Shown piece by piece: positions 28,136 to 38,525 of a stretch of 64,000 bases of DNA. Position numbers and translations under genes: made by a program. Origin of the DNA: an uncultured cyanobacterium. Lineage in GTDB: Bacteria > Cyanobacteriota > Cyanobacteriia > PCC-9006 > JAAUQQ01. A model generated the notes under the pieces. It saw only the letters and a program-made list of their open reading frames with translations, was not told where the DNA came from and searched no databases. Each line of letters opens with the position of its first letter. The first letter of the stretch is position 1. Where the stretch lies: positions 5,696,001-5,760,000 of the forward strand of contig OY970368.1 of assembly GCA_963718615.1 (NCBI GenBank), given 5' to 3'.

Positions 28136-30829
28136 TTATAGCCAATTCCCCACCAAAACATAGGGTGCCCAGTAGGCCGGATCCCGCAGTTCAGGGTCAT
28201 TCAACAAAGATAATTGAGCCTGACGCAGGGCTTGGGCCTTGGTTGAGGTCTCCGTGCCGTTCACCTTGGCAATTTGCTGATAAAACTCGCCCATGAGCAA
28301 GGCCGTGGACCAATCATCCACCTGCCAGAGAGAGGCCAACGTACTCCGCGCTCCAGCCTTGACTGCAACCCCTGCCAGTCCTAGGGCAGCCCGATCATCC
28401 CCCGCAGCGGTTTGGCAAGCACTTAAAATCAGTAACTCAATCGCTTGTCGAGTGGATTGGGAGCGATCGCGCAATAAATTATCCAACTCCGTCACGCGAA
28501 TGGGTCCATCCGCCGCTAACACAAAAGTCTCTTCCGCCTTAGAGCTAAACTGCCCATGGGTTGCTAGATGCACAATATTAAAGCCTTCTCCCTGGATCTT
28601 GGTCTCCAGACTCTGACTGGTAAATTCTTGGTTGAGCAACTGCTGGTTGGTCACGCCTGCATCAACAATGCGCTGAAACTCGGTTGCAATGTTGGGTAAG
28701 GGCGGAAACTGAGCAAAGTCAGCGGGAGGGTTGATCAAACCAGCGGCTAAAACATTGAGACGCTCCTGGGCGATCGCCTTAGGTTCCAACAGTTGTAGAC
28801 CCAAGCTGACGCCGATGGCGTACTTTTCCACGACATACTGTTCTCCATCGTACAAGACCCCCATGGGTACGTTCCGAAAAGCACCATCCAACACAAAAAC
28901 TAATGTATCGACCTCTGAGGCTTGTAAGTTTTTCTCAATGGGCGCGAGCAACCATTCGTAAATGAGTTTCGAGCGCTGCTTCACTTGGAACGTCTTCGAC
29001 GCCAAGGGCAGATCTTCCCGCAGCGCCCGCAGCAGGGATTCAACCGTTGGGCGCGATTCAAAGATGGTATGGTGTGCCAACGGTTGCTCAGGGATTTTGA
29101 CAATCACTTCTAAGCGGTCTTCCAAAATGATCGGATACACAATTGCCGTAGTGGGGTTATCCTGGTCAACCACTTTATCCAGCAAAACCGCTTTACCATC
29201 TAAGCAAGCTTCTCGAAAAAAATTGTCCAATTCCGCGACCTGCAAGGCTTCAATCCGGGCTCTGGCTTTTTCAAGATTCTGAGCTGCATTAGCTCCATCG
29301 CTTTCTTGTACCAACAACCCCACGGACTGTCGATAGACCGGCTCGACACTTTCCTTAAAGGAAAACTGAATATCACGGTTAACGGCGACTAAATCGCTGC
29401 GGAGACGATTGAGATCATCAATGGCATCATCGTAGGCAGAGACCGCTGCGGCGGGTTGCTCAGTTCGGGCGAGCAACCGACCCAACTGCCAGTTCCAGCG
29501 ATAGCTAATATCCGGTGCATCAAGGGTTTGGGCATTTCTGAGCGCTTGCTGGGTGAGGTCGATGGCATCGCGCTCCTGTCGAGTTTGCTCATAGAAGTGG
29601 CCGAGGGTCCCGAGGGCGTAGGACTGGGAACGGCGATCGCCAATCTGGCTAGCTAGGGTAACGGTCTGGCGCAGCAATGCTTCCAAGGGAGCTGCATAGG
29701 CATCTAGAAAGGTGGGGCGATCGCCTTGACCTCCGACGTTAGCATCCAAAACCGCCTGGGCAAGGTGGATACGGCCATACAAACCCGTTTGGCTTTCGGG
29801 CAACTGCGACCCCTGGGGAATTAATTCGCCCAGCAACGATTGGGCTGCATCCCACCGCTGATCCGCCATCAAAAGGCTGAGTTGACTAATTTGGGCATTG
29901 AGCCGCACGACCAGATCCGGTGTCGTCTGAGCGGCGGTTTGATAATACTGTAGCGCCTCTTGGGTTTTGAAGGCGGCCCGAGCCGTATTGGCCAGACTAA
30001 AGGTAGCGGCGCTGGTGAGGCGAGCATCATTGAGTTGATTAGAAATTTCCAGGCTTTGTAGCTGCAACTGCTGAGCTTGTTCTAGATCGCCAGACAACCG
30101 CAACGCATCTCCCAAAAGGCGCAGTTGTATGGCCTGATTGACGCTGGGTTGTCCTGAAGCTTCAGCAGATAAGCGGGGCTGGATGTCTTGGAGGAGGTTG
30201 CGGGCGCGGCGATAAAACCCCAGGACGCGCAGGGCTTGTGCTTGATTGATGCGGCTCTGGAGCAGGGCAGGCGTATTTTGGGTCGCTTGATACAGGGTCT
30301 CCGTTTGTTGCCAGGTTTTTAACGCGGCTTCGGCCTGACCAAGGCTGAGTTGCAGGCTACCGTGAATATCCAGAATCTGCGCCTGGGTTGTGGGGTCAAC
30401 TTTAGCTTGCTGGAGACGAATGAGACTTTGCTCAATGGCCTGGGTCGCTTCCGGCCATTGGTTGAGCTGTTGGTGAGTGAGGGAGAGGTTGCTGAGGGCG
30501 ATCGCCTCGGCTAGGGTTTCTCCGCTTTGCTGATAGGCTTGGATGGCTTGTTTGAGGGGGGCGATCGCCTGTTCATATTGTCCTTGCTCGTAGAGGTGCT
30601 GTCCCTGCTGAAAGGCATCGGCAGGGGTTTGAGACTGTTGGACAATGGCGGCGGCAGGGAGCGGCGTGCGGGTGGCTTGGGCAGGAAGCTGGGTGGCACA
30701 GAGCAAGGTGCTGAGGCTGAGGGCGGCGAGGGCAAGGCGGCGCTTTCGTTGAGACGATTTCCGGCTCTGCTGTAGCCAGGATAGCCACTGTTTCAATAGC
30801 CATTGTTTCAGGGGCTGAAACCGCCACAT
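28136..30829 (-). CDS. TPR + CHAT (caspase/HetF-like) domain protein
   Basis: TPRs; VHLATHG, LILSACQTA, SLWQVDD, YWAPYVLVGNWL. Confidence 0.93.
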   Translation of the reverse strand: MWRFQPLKQWLLKQWLSWLQQSRKSSQRKRRLALAALSLSTLLCATQLPAQATRTPLPAAAIVQQSQTPADAFQQGQHLYEQGQYEQAIAPLKQAIQAYQQSGETLAEAIALSNLSLTHQQLNQWPEATQAIEQSLIRLQQAKVDPTTQAQILDIHGSLQLSLGQAEAALKTWQQTETLYQATQNTPALLQSRINQAQALRVLGFYRRARNLLQDIQPRLSAEASGQPSVNQAIQLRLLGDALRLSGDLEQAQQLQLQSLEISNQLNDARLTSAATFSLANTARAAFKTQEALQYYQTAAQTTPDLVVRLNAQISQLSLLMADQRWDAAQSLLGELIPQGSQLPESQTGLYGRIHLAQAVLDANVGGQGDRPTFLDAYAAPLEALLRQTVTLASQIGDRRSQSYALGTLGHFYEQTRQERDAIDLTQQALRNAQTLDAPDISYRWNWQLGRLLARTEQPAAAVSAYDDAIDDLNRLRSDLVAVNRDIQFSFKESVEPVYRQSVGLLVQESDGANAAQNLEKARARIEALQVAELDNFFREACLDGKAVLLDKVVDQDNPTTAIVYPIILEDRLEVIVKIPEQPLAHHTIFESRPTVESLLRALREDLPLASKTFQVKQRSKLIYEWLLAPIEKNLQASEVDTLVFVLDGAFRNVPMGVLYDGEQYVVEKYAIGVSLGLQLLEPKAIAQERLNVLAAGLINPPADFAQFPPLPNIATEFQRIVDAGVTNQQLLNQEFTSQSLETKIQGEGFNIVHLATHGQFSSKAEETFVLAADGPIRVTELDNLLRDRSQSTRQAIELLILSACQTAAGDDRAALGLAGVAVKAGARSTLASLWQVDDWSTALLMGEFYQQIAKVNGTETSTKAQALRQAQLSLLNDPELRDPAYWAPYVLVGNWL

Positions 30830-30991
30830 AGGAAACTCCCGCGTTGAAGGTTAAATCTATCTCTGTTCTCAACCATACTACGGGGCGTCGGTCTTACTGG
30901 GATCTGTACTTTACAGTTTGTGCAGATTTTTCGTCTTAAAATCTTTGGAAGACCGCTAGAATTACGAGGCTTGAGCGTCTAGTGGGGCTGG

Positions 30992-33900
30992 ATGATGAGG
31001 CTACAGAATATCTTGGGGGTGGGGTTCGGTTGGGTGGCGTTGTGGGCGGGGCCGGGGCTAGCACAGCAAATTATCCCAGATGCGACTTTGGGGGCAGAGT
31101 CATCGCGATTTACAGCTGATTTTCAGGGATTGGTGGGGGTTGATGGGATTGAGGGGGGAGCACGGCGGGGCAATAATCTGTTTCATAGTTTTGAGGAGTT
31201 TGGGATTGTAGAGGGACGATCGGGCTATTTCGTTGTGGATGACTTGGCAGTTCAGAATATTTTGGCGCGGGTAACGGGGACAAAGGGATCAGAAATTTTA
31301 GGAACTTTGGGAACGCGAGCTTTGATCAATGATGCGTTCTTGTTTTCGCCTGCAAATTTGTTTTTGATTAATCCGAATGGGATTATTTTTGGGCCGAATG
31401 CGAGATTGGATGTAGGCACATCATTCGCGGCGACGACGGCGAGTGGGGTGCGGTTTGGGGAGCAGGGGGTGTTTAGTGCAGAGCAGGGGAATGCGCCGCC
31501 GTTGCTGACGGTGCAGCCGGATGCGTTTTTGTTTACGCGGTTGGCTCCGGCGGGGATTGAAATGCGGGCGAATGCTCCTAGCCCATTGGGGGGTAATGGT
31601 TTTCGGGTCAATGATGGCCAGCGGTTGTTGCTGTTGGGTGGGGATGTGGGGGTGGATGGGGGTGGGGTGTTTGCGTTGGGGGGACGGGTGGATGTGGGGG
31701 CGGTGGCGGAGCCGGGGACGGTGCGGCTGCAAGGGGATGGGAGTTTGGAGTTTGCGGATGGGTTGGTGCGGGGGACGGTGCGGTTTGAGCAGGGGGCGGT
31801 GGTGCAGGTGGATGGTATTGGCGGTGGGGATATTGGGGTGACGGCGGGGGAGATTGAGGTGAGTGGGGGGAGCTTGTTGCGGGGGGGAATTTTTCCGGGG
31901 TTTGGGACGCGGGATAGTCGGGCGGGGACGGTGCGGCTGGAGGCGACGGGAACGGTGACGGTGGCAGGGGCGGGTAGACGGGTGGCGAATGTTGTGGGGA
32001 CGGGGGCGACAGGGACGGGGGGGGATTTGGTGATTCGGGCGCGGGAGGTGGTGGTACAGGATGGGGCGCAGTTGAGTGCGAGTACGTTTGGTACAGGGGA
32101 TGCGGGGAATGTGGAGATTACGGCGGGCGATCGCGTCCTCTTCCAAGACGGTTTTGCCTTCAGCAGTGTGGCAACAGGCGGGGAGGGCAAGGGCGGCAAT
32201 GTCGTGATTGACGCTCCCGTTCTGGAGGTACTCGATGGCGCTGCACTGGTTGCTAGTACCCGTGGCACAGGGGATGCGGGGAATGTGCAGATTACGGCGG
32301 GCGATCGCGTCCTCTTCCAAGATGGTAATGCCTTCAGCAGTGTGGCAACAGGCGGGGAGGGCAAGGGCGGCAATATCGTGATTGCCGCTCCCGTTCTGGA
32401 GGTGCGCGATGGGGCTCAACTGATTGCTAGCACTGATGGCAAGGGGGATGCGGGGAATGTGCTGATTACGGCGAGCGAGCGCATCCTCTTCCAAGATGGT
32501 GATGCCTTCAGCCGTGTGGAAGCAGGCGGGGAGGGAAAGGGCGGCAATGTCGTGATTGACGCTCCCGTTCTGGAGGTGCGCGATGGGGCTGCACTGGTTG
32601 CTAACACCGAAGGCACAGGGGATGCGGGGAATGTGCTGATTACGGCGAGCGATCGCGTCCTCTTCCAAGGAACAAATAGTCAATTTCCTAGTGCTGCCTT
32701 CAGCAGTGTGGAAGCAGGCGGGGAGGGAAATGGTGGAAATGTGGTGATTGAGGCTCCCGTGCTGGAGGTGCGCGATGGCGCTCAACTGATTGCTAGCACT
32801 GATGGCAAGGGGGATGCGGGGAATGTGCTGATTACGGCGAGCGAGCGCGTCCTCTTCCAAGATGGTAATGCCTTCAGCAGTGTGGCAACAGGCGGGGAGG
32901 GCAAGGGCGGCAATATCGTGATTGCCGCTCCCGTTCTGGAGGTGCGCGATGGGGCTCAACTGATTGCTAGCACTGATGGCAAGGGGGATGCGGGGAATGT
33001 GCTGATTACGGCGAGCGAGCGCATCCTCTTCCAAGATGGTGATGCCTTCAGCCGTGTGGAAGCAGGCGGGGAGGGAAAGGGCGGCAATGTCGTGATTGAC
33101 GCTCCCGTTCTGGAGGTGCGCGATGGGGCTGCACTGGTTGCTAACACCGAAGGCACAGGGGATGCGGGGAATGTGCTGATTACGGCGAGCGATCGCGTCC
33201 TCTTCCAAGATGGTAATGCCTTCAGCAGTGTGGCAGCAGGCGGGGAGGGGAAGGGCGGCAATGTCGTGATTGACGCTCCCGTTCTGGAGGTACTTGATGG
33301 CGCTCAACTGCTTGCTAACACCCGTGGCACAGGGGATGCGGGGAATGTGCAGATTACGGCGGGCGAGCGCGTCCTCTTCCAAAATGGTTTTGCCTTCAGC
33401 AGTGTGGCAACAGGCGGGGAGGGCCAGGGGGGCAATGTTGTGATTGACGCTCCCGTTCTGGAGGTACTCGATGGCGCTCAATTGGTTGCTGGCACCAGTG
33501 GTACAGGAGATGCGGGGAATGTGCTGATTACGGCGGGCGATCGCGTTCTCCTCAACGGCACCAACCCCACCAACGGACGCTCCAGTGCAATTCTCACCAG
33601 TAACGGGACTCCCACAGTTAATGCAGGGACTGGAACCGGAGGCAATATCTCCATTTCGGCCCCCCAACTCCAGGTCAGCAATGGAGCTGTTTTGAATGCT
33701 AAAACCGTCAACGACCAATCCGGCGGAGACATCACCCTCAACCTCGCCACCCTCAACCTCCTCAGCGGTGGCCAAATCCTCACCACCAGCGACAGCACCG
33801 GCCCCGCAGGCACCGTCACCCTCAACGCCACCGACAACATCCGTATCTCCGGCACCGACCCCACCTACACCGCCCGCCGCGCTGAATTTGGTACTGCCGT

Positions 33901-34729
33901 CGCCCCCGTCACAGAAAACAGTGGCATCTACATCCGCTCCACCGCCAACGGCCCCGCCGGAAACCTCATCCTCAACAGCCCCCAACTCCGCCTCAGCGAC
34001 AACGGCCAAATCATCGCCGACTCCGACACCGCAACCGGCGGCAACCTCAGCTTCAACCTCAACCAAGCCCTTCTCCTCGAAGGAAATAGCCTAATCTCCG
34101 CCACCGCAGGCCGCAACCAAGGTGCAGGCGACGGCGGCAACATCAACATCATATCTTCCTTCGTCATCGGTTTACCCAACAACAACAGCGACATCATCGC
34201 CAACGCCTTCAGCGGCAGCGGCGGCAACATCACCATCAACGCCAACGCCATCCTCAACTTCCAGTTGCAAGACGAACCCAACATCGATATCCTCCGCACC
34301 AACCGCACCAACGACATCAGCGCCAGCTCCCAATTCGGCACCAACGGCATCCTCACCCTCAGCGGCCTCAACACCGACCCCAGCCAAGGCACCACCCAGC
34401 TCCCCACCAGCCCCACCGACCCCAGCAACCAAATCGATCGCTCCTGCGACCCCCAAACCACCCGCACCAACCGCTTCATCATCACCGGACGCGGCGGCAT
34501 TCCCCTCAGCCCCGACGAACCTTATCCTGACATCCTCATCCCCGCCTGGGTGCTCCTCCCCAACACCCCATCCCCTCAACACCGCTCCTCCCCAATCTCT
34601 TCTACTTCTCCTCTCGAAGCTGAAAACTGGCATCGTGATACCCGTGGAAATGTTGTTTTGACTACCCAGAGTAAACAGCGATCGCTCTCCTCTCCTCAGT
34701 TTCACCATGCGAATTGTGTTAAGGAATAA
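30992..34729 (+). CDS. Filamentous haemagglutinin family exoprotein (TpsA) with tandem 58-aa repeats
   Basis: Signal peptide, NLFHSF, LINPNGIIFG TPS domain, SDIIANAF, ITGRGG. Confidence 0.92.
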   Translation: MMRLQNILGVGFGWVALWAGPGLAQQIIPDATLGAESSRFTADFQGLVGVDGIEGGARRGNNLFHSFEEFGIVEGRSGYFVVDDLAVQNILARVTGTKGSEILGTLGTRALINDAFLFSPANLFLINPNGIIFGPNARLDVGTSFAATTASGVRFGEQGVFSAEQGNAPPLLTVQPDAFLFTRLAPAGIEMRANAPSPLGGNGFRVNDGQRLLLLGGDVGVDGGGVFALGGRVDVGAVAEPGTVRLQGDGSLEFADGLVRGTVRFEQGAVVQVDGIGGGDIGVTAGEIEVSGGSLLRGGIFPGFGTRDSRAGTVRLEATGTVTVAGAGRRVANVVGTGATGTGGDLVIRAREVVVQDGAQLSASTFGTGDAGNVEITAGDRVLFQDGFAFSSVATGGEGKGGNVVIDAPVLEVLDGAALVASTRGTGDAGNVQITAGDRVLFQDGNAFSSVATGGEGKGGNIVIAAPVLEVRDGAQLIASTDGKGDAGNVLITASERILFQDGDAFSRVEAGGEGKGGNVVIDAPVLEVRDGAALVANTEGTGDAGNVLITASDRVLFQGTNSQFPSAAFSSVEAGGEGNGGNVVIEAPVLEVRDGAQLIASTDGKGDAGNVLITASERVLFQDGNAFSSVATGGEGKGGNIVIAAPVLEVRDGAQLIASTDGKGDAGNVLITASERILFQDGDAFSRVEAGGEGKGGNVVIDAPVLEVRDGAALVANTEGTGDAGNVLITASDRVLFQDGNAFSSVAAGGEGKGGNVVIDAPVLEVLDGAQLLANTRGTGDAGNVQITAGERVLFQNGFAFSSVATGGEGQGGNVVIDAPVLEVLDGAQLVAGTSGTGDAGNVLITAGDRVLLNGTNPTNGRSSAILTSNGTPTVNAGTGTGGNISISAPQLQVSNGAVLNAKTVNDQSGGDITLNLATLNLLSGGQILTTSDSTGPAGTVTLNATDNIRISGTDPTYTARRAEFGTAVAPVTENSGIYIRSTANGPAGNLILNSPQLRLSDNGQIIADSDTATGGNLSFNLNQALLLEGNSLISATAGRNQGAGDGGNINIISSFVIGLPNNNSDIIANAFSGSGGNITINANAILNFQLQDEPNIDILRTNRTNDISASSQFGTNGILTLSGLNTDPSQGTTQLPTSPTDPSNQIDRSCDPQTTRTNRFIITGRGGIPLSPDEPYPDILIPAWVLLPNTPSPQHRSSPISSTSPLEAENWHRDTRGNVVLTTQSKQRSLSSPQFHHANCVKE
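32096..33550 (+). repeat. Intragenic tandem repeat: 8 full units (174 bp; one 192 bp) plus a partial unit
   Basis: GDAGNV.ITA..R.LFQDG.AFS... repeated; 32306-32669 identical to 32846-33209. Confidence 0.95.
34418..34519 (+). repeat. 102-bp direct repeat shared with the second FHA gene (37992-38093)
   Basis: 100/102 identical. Confidence 0.95.
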
Positions 34730-34820
34730 ACGTTCACACCCAATGTAGCTAAAGTACACAATACATGGGACTTTCTACGGTATTCTTACCAAGAGAGTCT
34801 GTGTTGAGGAAGTCATTAGA

Positions 34821-37800
34821 ATGGCTAGATCTTGGGGATCGAAAACCGTATTTTATTCTGTTGGAATATTAAGCCTGTTTCTAGGGAAGATATCACCAAG
34901 CTTTAGTCAATCGATCGTGCCTGATACAACACTAGGTGCTGAATCATCACAAGTCCTACCCGGTCTTGCAGGCATTAGCGAGATTCAAGGGGGTGCAACA
35001 CGAGGTAGTCAATTATTTCATAGCTTTGACACATTTGGAATTCCAGCAGGAGAAACAGGTTACTTCATCATCGATAATCCATCGATTCAAAATGTACTAG
35101 CACGGGTCACAGGAAGTCAAATATCAGAAATTCTTGGAACATTAGGCACTCGATCGCCAAACGCTTTACAGCCTGCAAATGTAAACTTATTTTTAATGAA
35201 CCCCAATGGAATTGTTTTTGGACCTAATGCTAGGCTAGACATAGGAAAGTCCTTTGCAGCAACCACAGCAAATCAAATTCAATTTGAAAACCAGGGATTC
35301 TTTAGCACTACTCAAACCCCTATCTCACCCTTATTGACCGTTCAGCCTAACGCCTTTATCTTCACACAATCTAACCCCGCTAAAATTCAGATCCAATCAG
35401 GAGCAATTAGCCTGCTGGGTGAACCTAGTGGTCTTATCGTGAAAAATGGTCAACATTTACTATTTGCTGGAGGCGAGATTGAACTAGACAATGGGGTTTT
35501 GATTGCGAAAAATGGAAGGATTGATCTAGCAGCGATCGCAGAACCCGGTCTTGTCCAGTTGAATTTTGCCAATACCCTCTTCCAGCTTGGCCCCCTGGGC
35601 AATCTTGCTAGAGGCAATATTACTCTCGCAAATCAGTCGGGTCTCAATGTTTCAGGCGATCAAGGAGGCGATATCGCTATTCAAGCTAGAGATGTTCGAA
35701 TCTCTGGTGGTAGCATTCTCAATAGCGGTATTGAACAACCCAATCTACTCAACCTTTTTGGAGGGGGCAATATCAATCAGTCTGGTGACATTACAATCGA
35801 AGCAACTGGAAAAGTACAGGTTGTAGAGGGAAGCACGATCGCCAATGGGACTCTTTTTCAGGGAAATGGAGGACAAATTACAATTTCGGGTCAAACTGTA
35901 GAAATATTGAGTGGTGCGAATATCGGTGCAGTGGGCAATGGAACTGGTAACACTGGTGATATCGTGATTGAAGCTCAAGAATCGATCGCATTAGCAGGAC
36001 AAAATGAGATGGGACCCGCCGGGGGCTTGCTACCAGGTCTTGATATCTTATTCCCATTGATTAAAATTTTGTTGCCTGATCTCCTTGGCAATAACCCGAG
36101 TGCGATCGTTAACTATGTATCCCCACTGTCTTTGTTTAACGGGTTGGGAAATCCTGCGGCACCCACAGCCGGAAATGTTCGTCTTCGTGCCCCCCAAATC
36201 AGCTTACGAGACGGTGGCGTAGGTACACCTAATCTAGCAGGAGGAGGAGATACTGGAAATATTGAAATATTTACAAATTTTTTAGAGGTTACCGATGGCG
36301 CTCGACTTATTTCTAGCACCAACGGCCCAAGCGACGCAGGGGATATTCGCATTGCCCCCTTTGATACCTCTCAAATTAGGAGCGATCGCCAAGTCAGATT
36401 TGATGGAAAAGGCGTTGTTGTGACAACGAGCGTCAACAGCGAAGGCATTGGACGGGGTGGCGATCTCACCATTACAACAGATCAATTATCCATCATCAAT
36501 GGTGCTCAGCTTCAGGCCTCAACGCTAGGGACGGGTGACGCTGGTAGCATTCGCATTACAGCCAGTGACTCTGTAAGTTTAAATAATGAAGCCGTTCTGC
36601 TCAGTGATATTGCGCCTTCTGGCATTGGCTCAGGCGGCGATATCGTCATCAATACACGTGACTTTGAGATGCAAAATGGTTCAGTTCTTCGATCTAGCAC
36701 TTTTGGCCAAGGTGATGCTGGAACTGTGCAAATCACAACGACGGGTCGCTTCCTTCTAGCGGGAGAAAGTGCCATTTTTAGTGATGTTAGGACAACGGGA
36801 GTTGGTAATGCTGGAAGCATTACCCTCAATGCCGATCAGTTAACCATTCAAGATAATGCTCAAGTGGTTACAGAAACCCAGGGATTAGGCAATGCAGGTA
36901 ATGTATTCGTCGTAGCAGACAATGCACTCTTGCAAAATCGGGGTTCTATTTTTAGTGGGGTGCGTACAGGCGGGGTTGGCAACGGAGGAGCTATCCGCGT
37001 TAATACAGCTCAGTTAACCATAGTAGAGGGTGCTCAGATTGCAACCGCAACAGAAGGCGTTGGAGATGCAGGCTCCGTGACGTTTGCTGCGAGCGATCGC
37101 ATTCTTATCAGTGGTACAACAACGAGCACAGGACGCTCCAGCGCTATTTTTACCAACAACGGAACGCCCACGGTCAGTCGTGGAACAGGTCGAGGTGGCG
37201 AAATTCGCATCACGACACCGCAACTAATCGTTCGCCAGGGAGCAGTGATCAATGCGCAAACGGTGAATGCTCAACCGGGAGGTAATATTATTCTAACTCT
37301 CGATAACCTGCAACTGCTCAATGGTGGGCAAATTTTGAGTACCAGCGATGGAGATGGACCGTCAGGCAATGTTCAGATCAACGCGACTCAAGGGCTTGTA
37401 TTAGCATCTCCCGATCCTAACTACCTAGAACGTCGTACTCTATTTGGAACAGCCGTTGCTCCCCTAACCGACAATAGTGGGATCTATATCCGCGCTACCG
37501 GCAAAGGATTTGCAGGAGATCTAATCATTGGAGATACATTACGAGGAGGAACGCCGTCTTTACGATTGAGTAATCGTGCAGAGATCATTGCTGATTCTAA
37601 TGAGGCTGCTGGAGGGAATATTACGCTGAATCTCTATGAGTCATTACTGATGAGTAACAATAGCTTTATCGGTGCTTCGGCAGGACGTGCCCAAGGCGCA
37701 GGTAATGGCGGTAGCATTGTAATTAATTCTCCGTTTGTGTTCTCATTGCCAGGAGAGAATAACGACATTATCGCCAATGCTTTTAGTGGCACAGGCGGCG

Positions 37801-38309
37801 AAATTATCATCGATGCCCAATCAATTCGTGGCTTTGAATTGCAAGATGAACCTGATGTTGAGCGCCTACGCGCGAATCAGACCAATGACATTACTGTCAA
37901 TTCTGAACAGGGAAGCTCTGGCACCCTAGAGTTAGAAGGTTTTAATGTCGATCCAAGTCGTGGTACATTCCAACTCCCCGTTGCCTTTAATGACCCCAGC
38001 AACCAAATCGATCGCTCCTGCGACCCCCAAACCACCCGCAACAACCGCTTCATCATCACCGGACGCGGCGGCATCCCCCTCAGCCCCGACGAATCCTACG
38101 CCATAACCCTCACCCCCAACTGGGTGTCCCTCTCCAACACCCCATTACCCCAACACCCCATTACCCCTCACACCTCCAACCACCCCCCCATCCAAGAAGC
38201 CACCCACTGGCACCGCACCTCCAAGGGCCATGTCCAACTCATCGCTAGTGCCCCCGTTCCCTCAGATGCATTCTTCAATTCCGACTGTCAGCACCTTTCC
38301 CAAAATTAG
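34821..38309 (+). CDS. Filamentous haemagglutinin family exoprotein (TpsA)
   Basis: QLFHSF, LMNPNGIVFG, NDIIANAF, ITGRGG. Confidence 0.92.
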   Translation: MARSWGSKTVFYSVGILSLFLGKISPSFSQSIVPDTTLGAESSQVLPGLAGISEIQGGATRGSQLFHSFDTFGIPAGETGYFIIDNPSIQNVLARVTGSQISEILGTLGTRSPNALQPANVNLFLMNPNGIVFGPNARLDIGKSFAATTANQIQFENQGFFSTTQTPISPLLTVQPNAFIFTQSNPAKIQIQSGAISLLGEPSGLIVKNGQHLLFAGGEIELDNGVLIAKNGRIDLAAIAEPGLVQLNFANTLFQLGPLGNLARGNITLANQSGLNVSGDQGGDIAIQARDVRISGGSILNSGIEQPNLLNLFGGGNINQSGDITIEATGKVQVVEGSTIANGTLFQGNGGQITISGQTVEILSGANIGAVGNGTGNTGDIVIEAQESIALAGQNEMGPAGGLLPGLDILFPLIKILLPDLLGNNPSAIVNYVSPLSLFNGLGNPAAPTAGNVRLRAPQISLRDGGVGTPNLAGGGDTGNIEIFTNFLEVTDGARLISSTNGPSDAGDIRIAPFDTSQIRSDRQVRFDGKGVVVTTSVNSEGIGRGGDLTITTDQLSIINGAQLQASTLGTGDAGSIRITASDSVSLNNEAVLLSDIAPSGIGSGGDIVINTRDFEMQNGSVLRSSTFGQGDAGTVQITTTGRFLLAGESAIFSDVRTTGVGNAGSITLNADQLTIQDNAQVVTETQGLGNAGNVFVVADNALLQNRGSIFSGVRTGGVGNGGAIRVNTAQLTIVEGAQIATATEGVGDAGSVTFAASDRILISGTTTSTGRSSAIFTNNGTPTVSRGTGRGGEIRITTPQLIVRQGAVINAQTVNAQPGGNIILTLDNLQLLNGGQILSTSDGDGPSGNVQINATQGLVLASPDPNYLERRTLFGTAVAPLTDNSGIYIRATGKGFAGDLIIGDTLRGGTPSLRLSNRAEIIADSNEAAGGNITLNLYESLLMSNNSFIGASAGRAQGAGNGGSIVINSPFVFSLPGENNDIIANAFSGTGGEIIIDAQSIRGFELQDEPDVERLRANQTNDITVNSEQGSSGTLELEGFNVDPSRGTFQLPVAFNDPSNQIDRSCDPQTTRNNRFIITGRGGIPLSPDESYAITLTPNWVSLSNTPLPQHPITPHTSNHPPIQEATHWHRTSKGHVQLIASAPVPSDAFFNSDCQHLSQN
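37992..38093 (+). repeat. Second copy of the 102-bp FHA C-terminal repeat
   Basis: 100/102 identical to 34418-34519. Confidence 0.95.
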
Positions 38310-38525
38310 CTCTCACTCACAAGCAGTCCGATGAGCAATCCTTACCCTTTGGGTCCTGGAGGCAAGGGCCAGACACTGGGTGTCTTTAGAAGATTTTGGA
38401 TGAGCTGCAAGTTGGTTGACAGACACTCGGTGTCTAGGAAAAAGTATCTCCTTTGAATGATGTCTTTGTCTTAGATGTCTTCGAAATTGAGGACAGCACT
38501 TCACGCCTAGCAAAAACGCTGTCCC

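Noticed and set aside
31252-34759. Long antisense/alternative-frame ORFs over FHA gene 1 (e.g. 881 aa)
   Set aside because: Shadow ORFs caused by extreme codon skew and repeats; translations are low-complexity.
34745-34760. NtcA box upstream of FHA gene 2
   Set aside because: Spacing is GTA-N7-TAC, not the canonical N8.
32096-38093. Diversity-generating retroelement TR/VR pair among the FHA repeats
   Set aside because: No reverse transcriptase in the window, and differences between copies are not adenine-specific.
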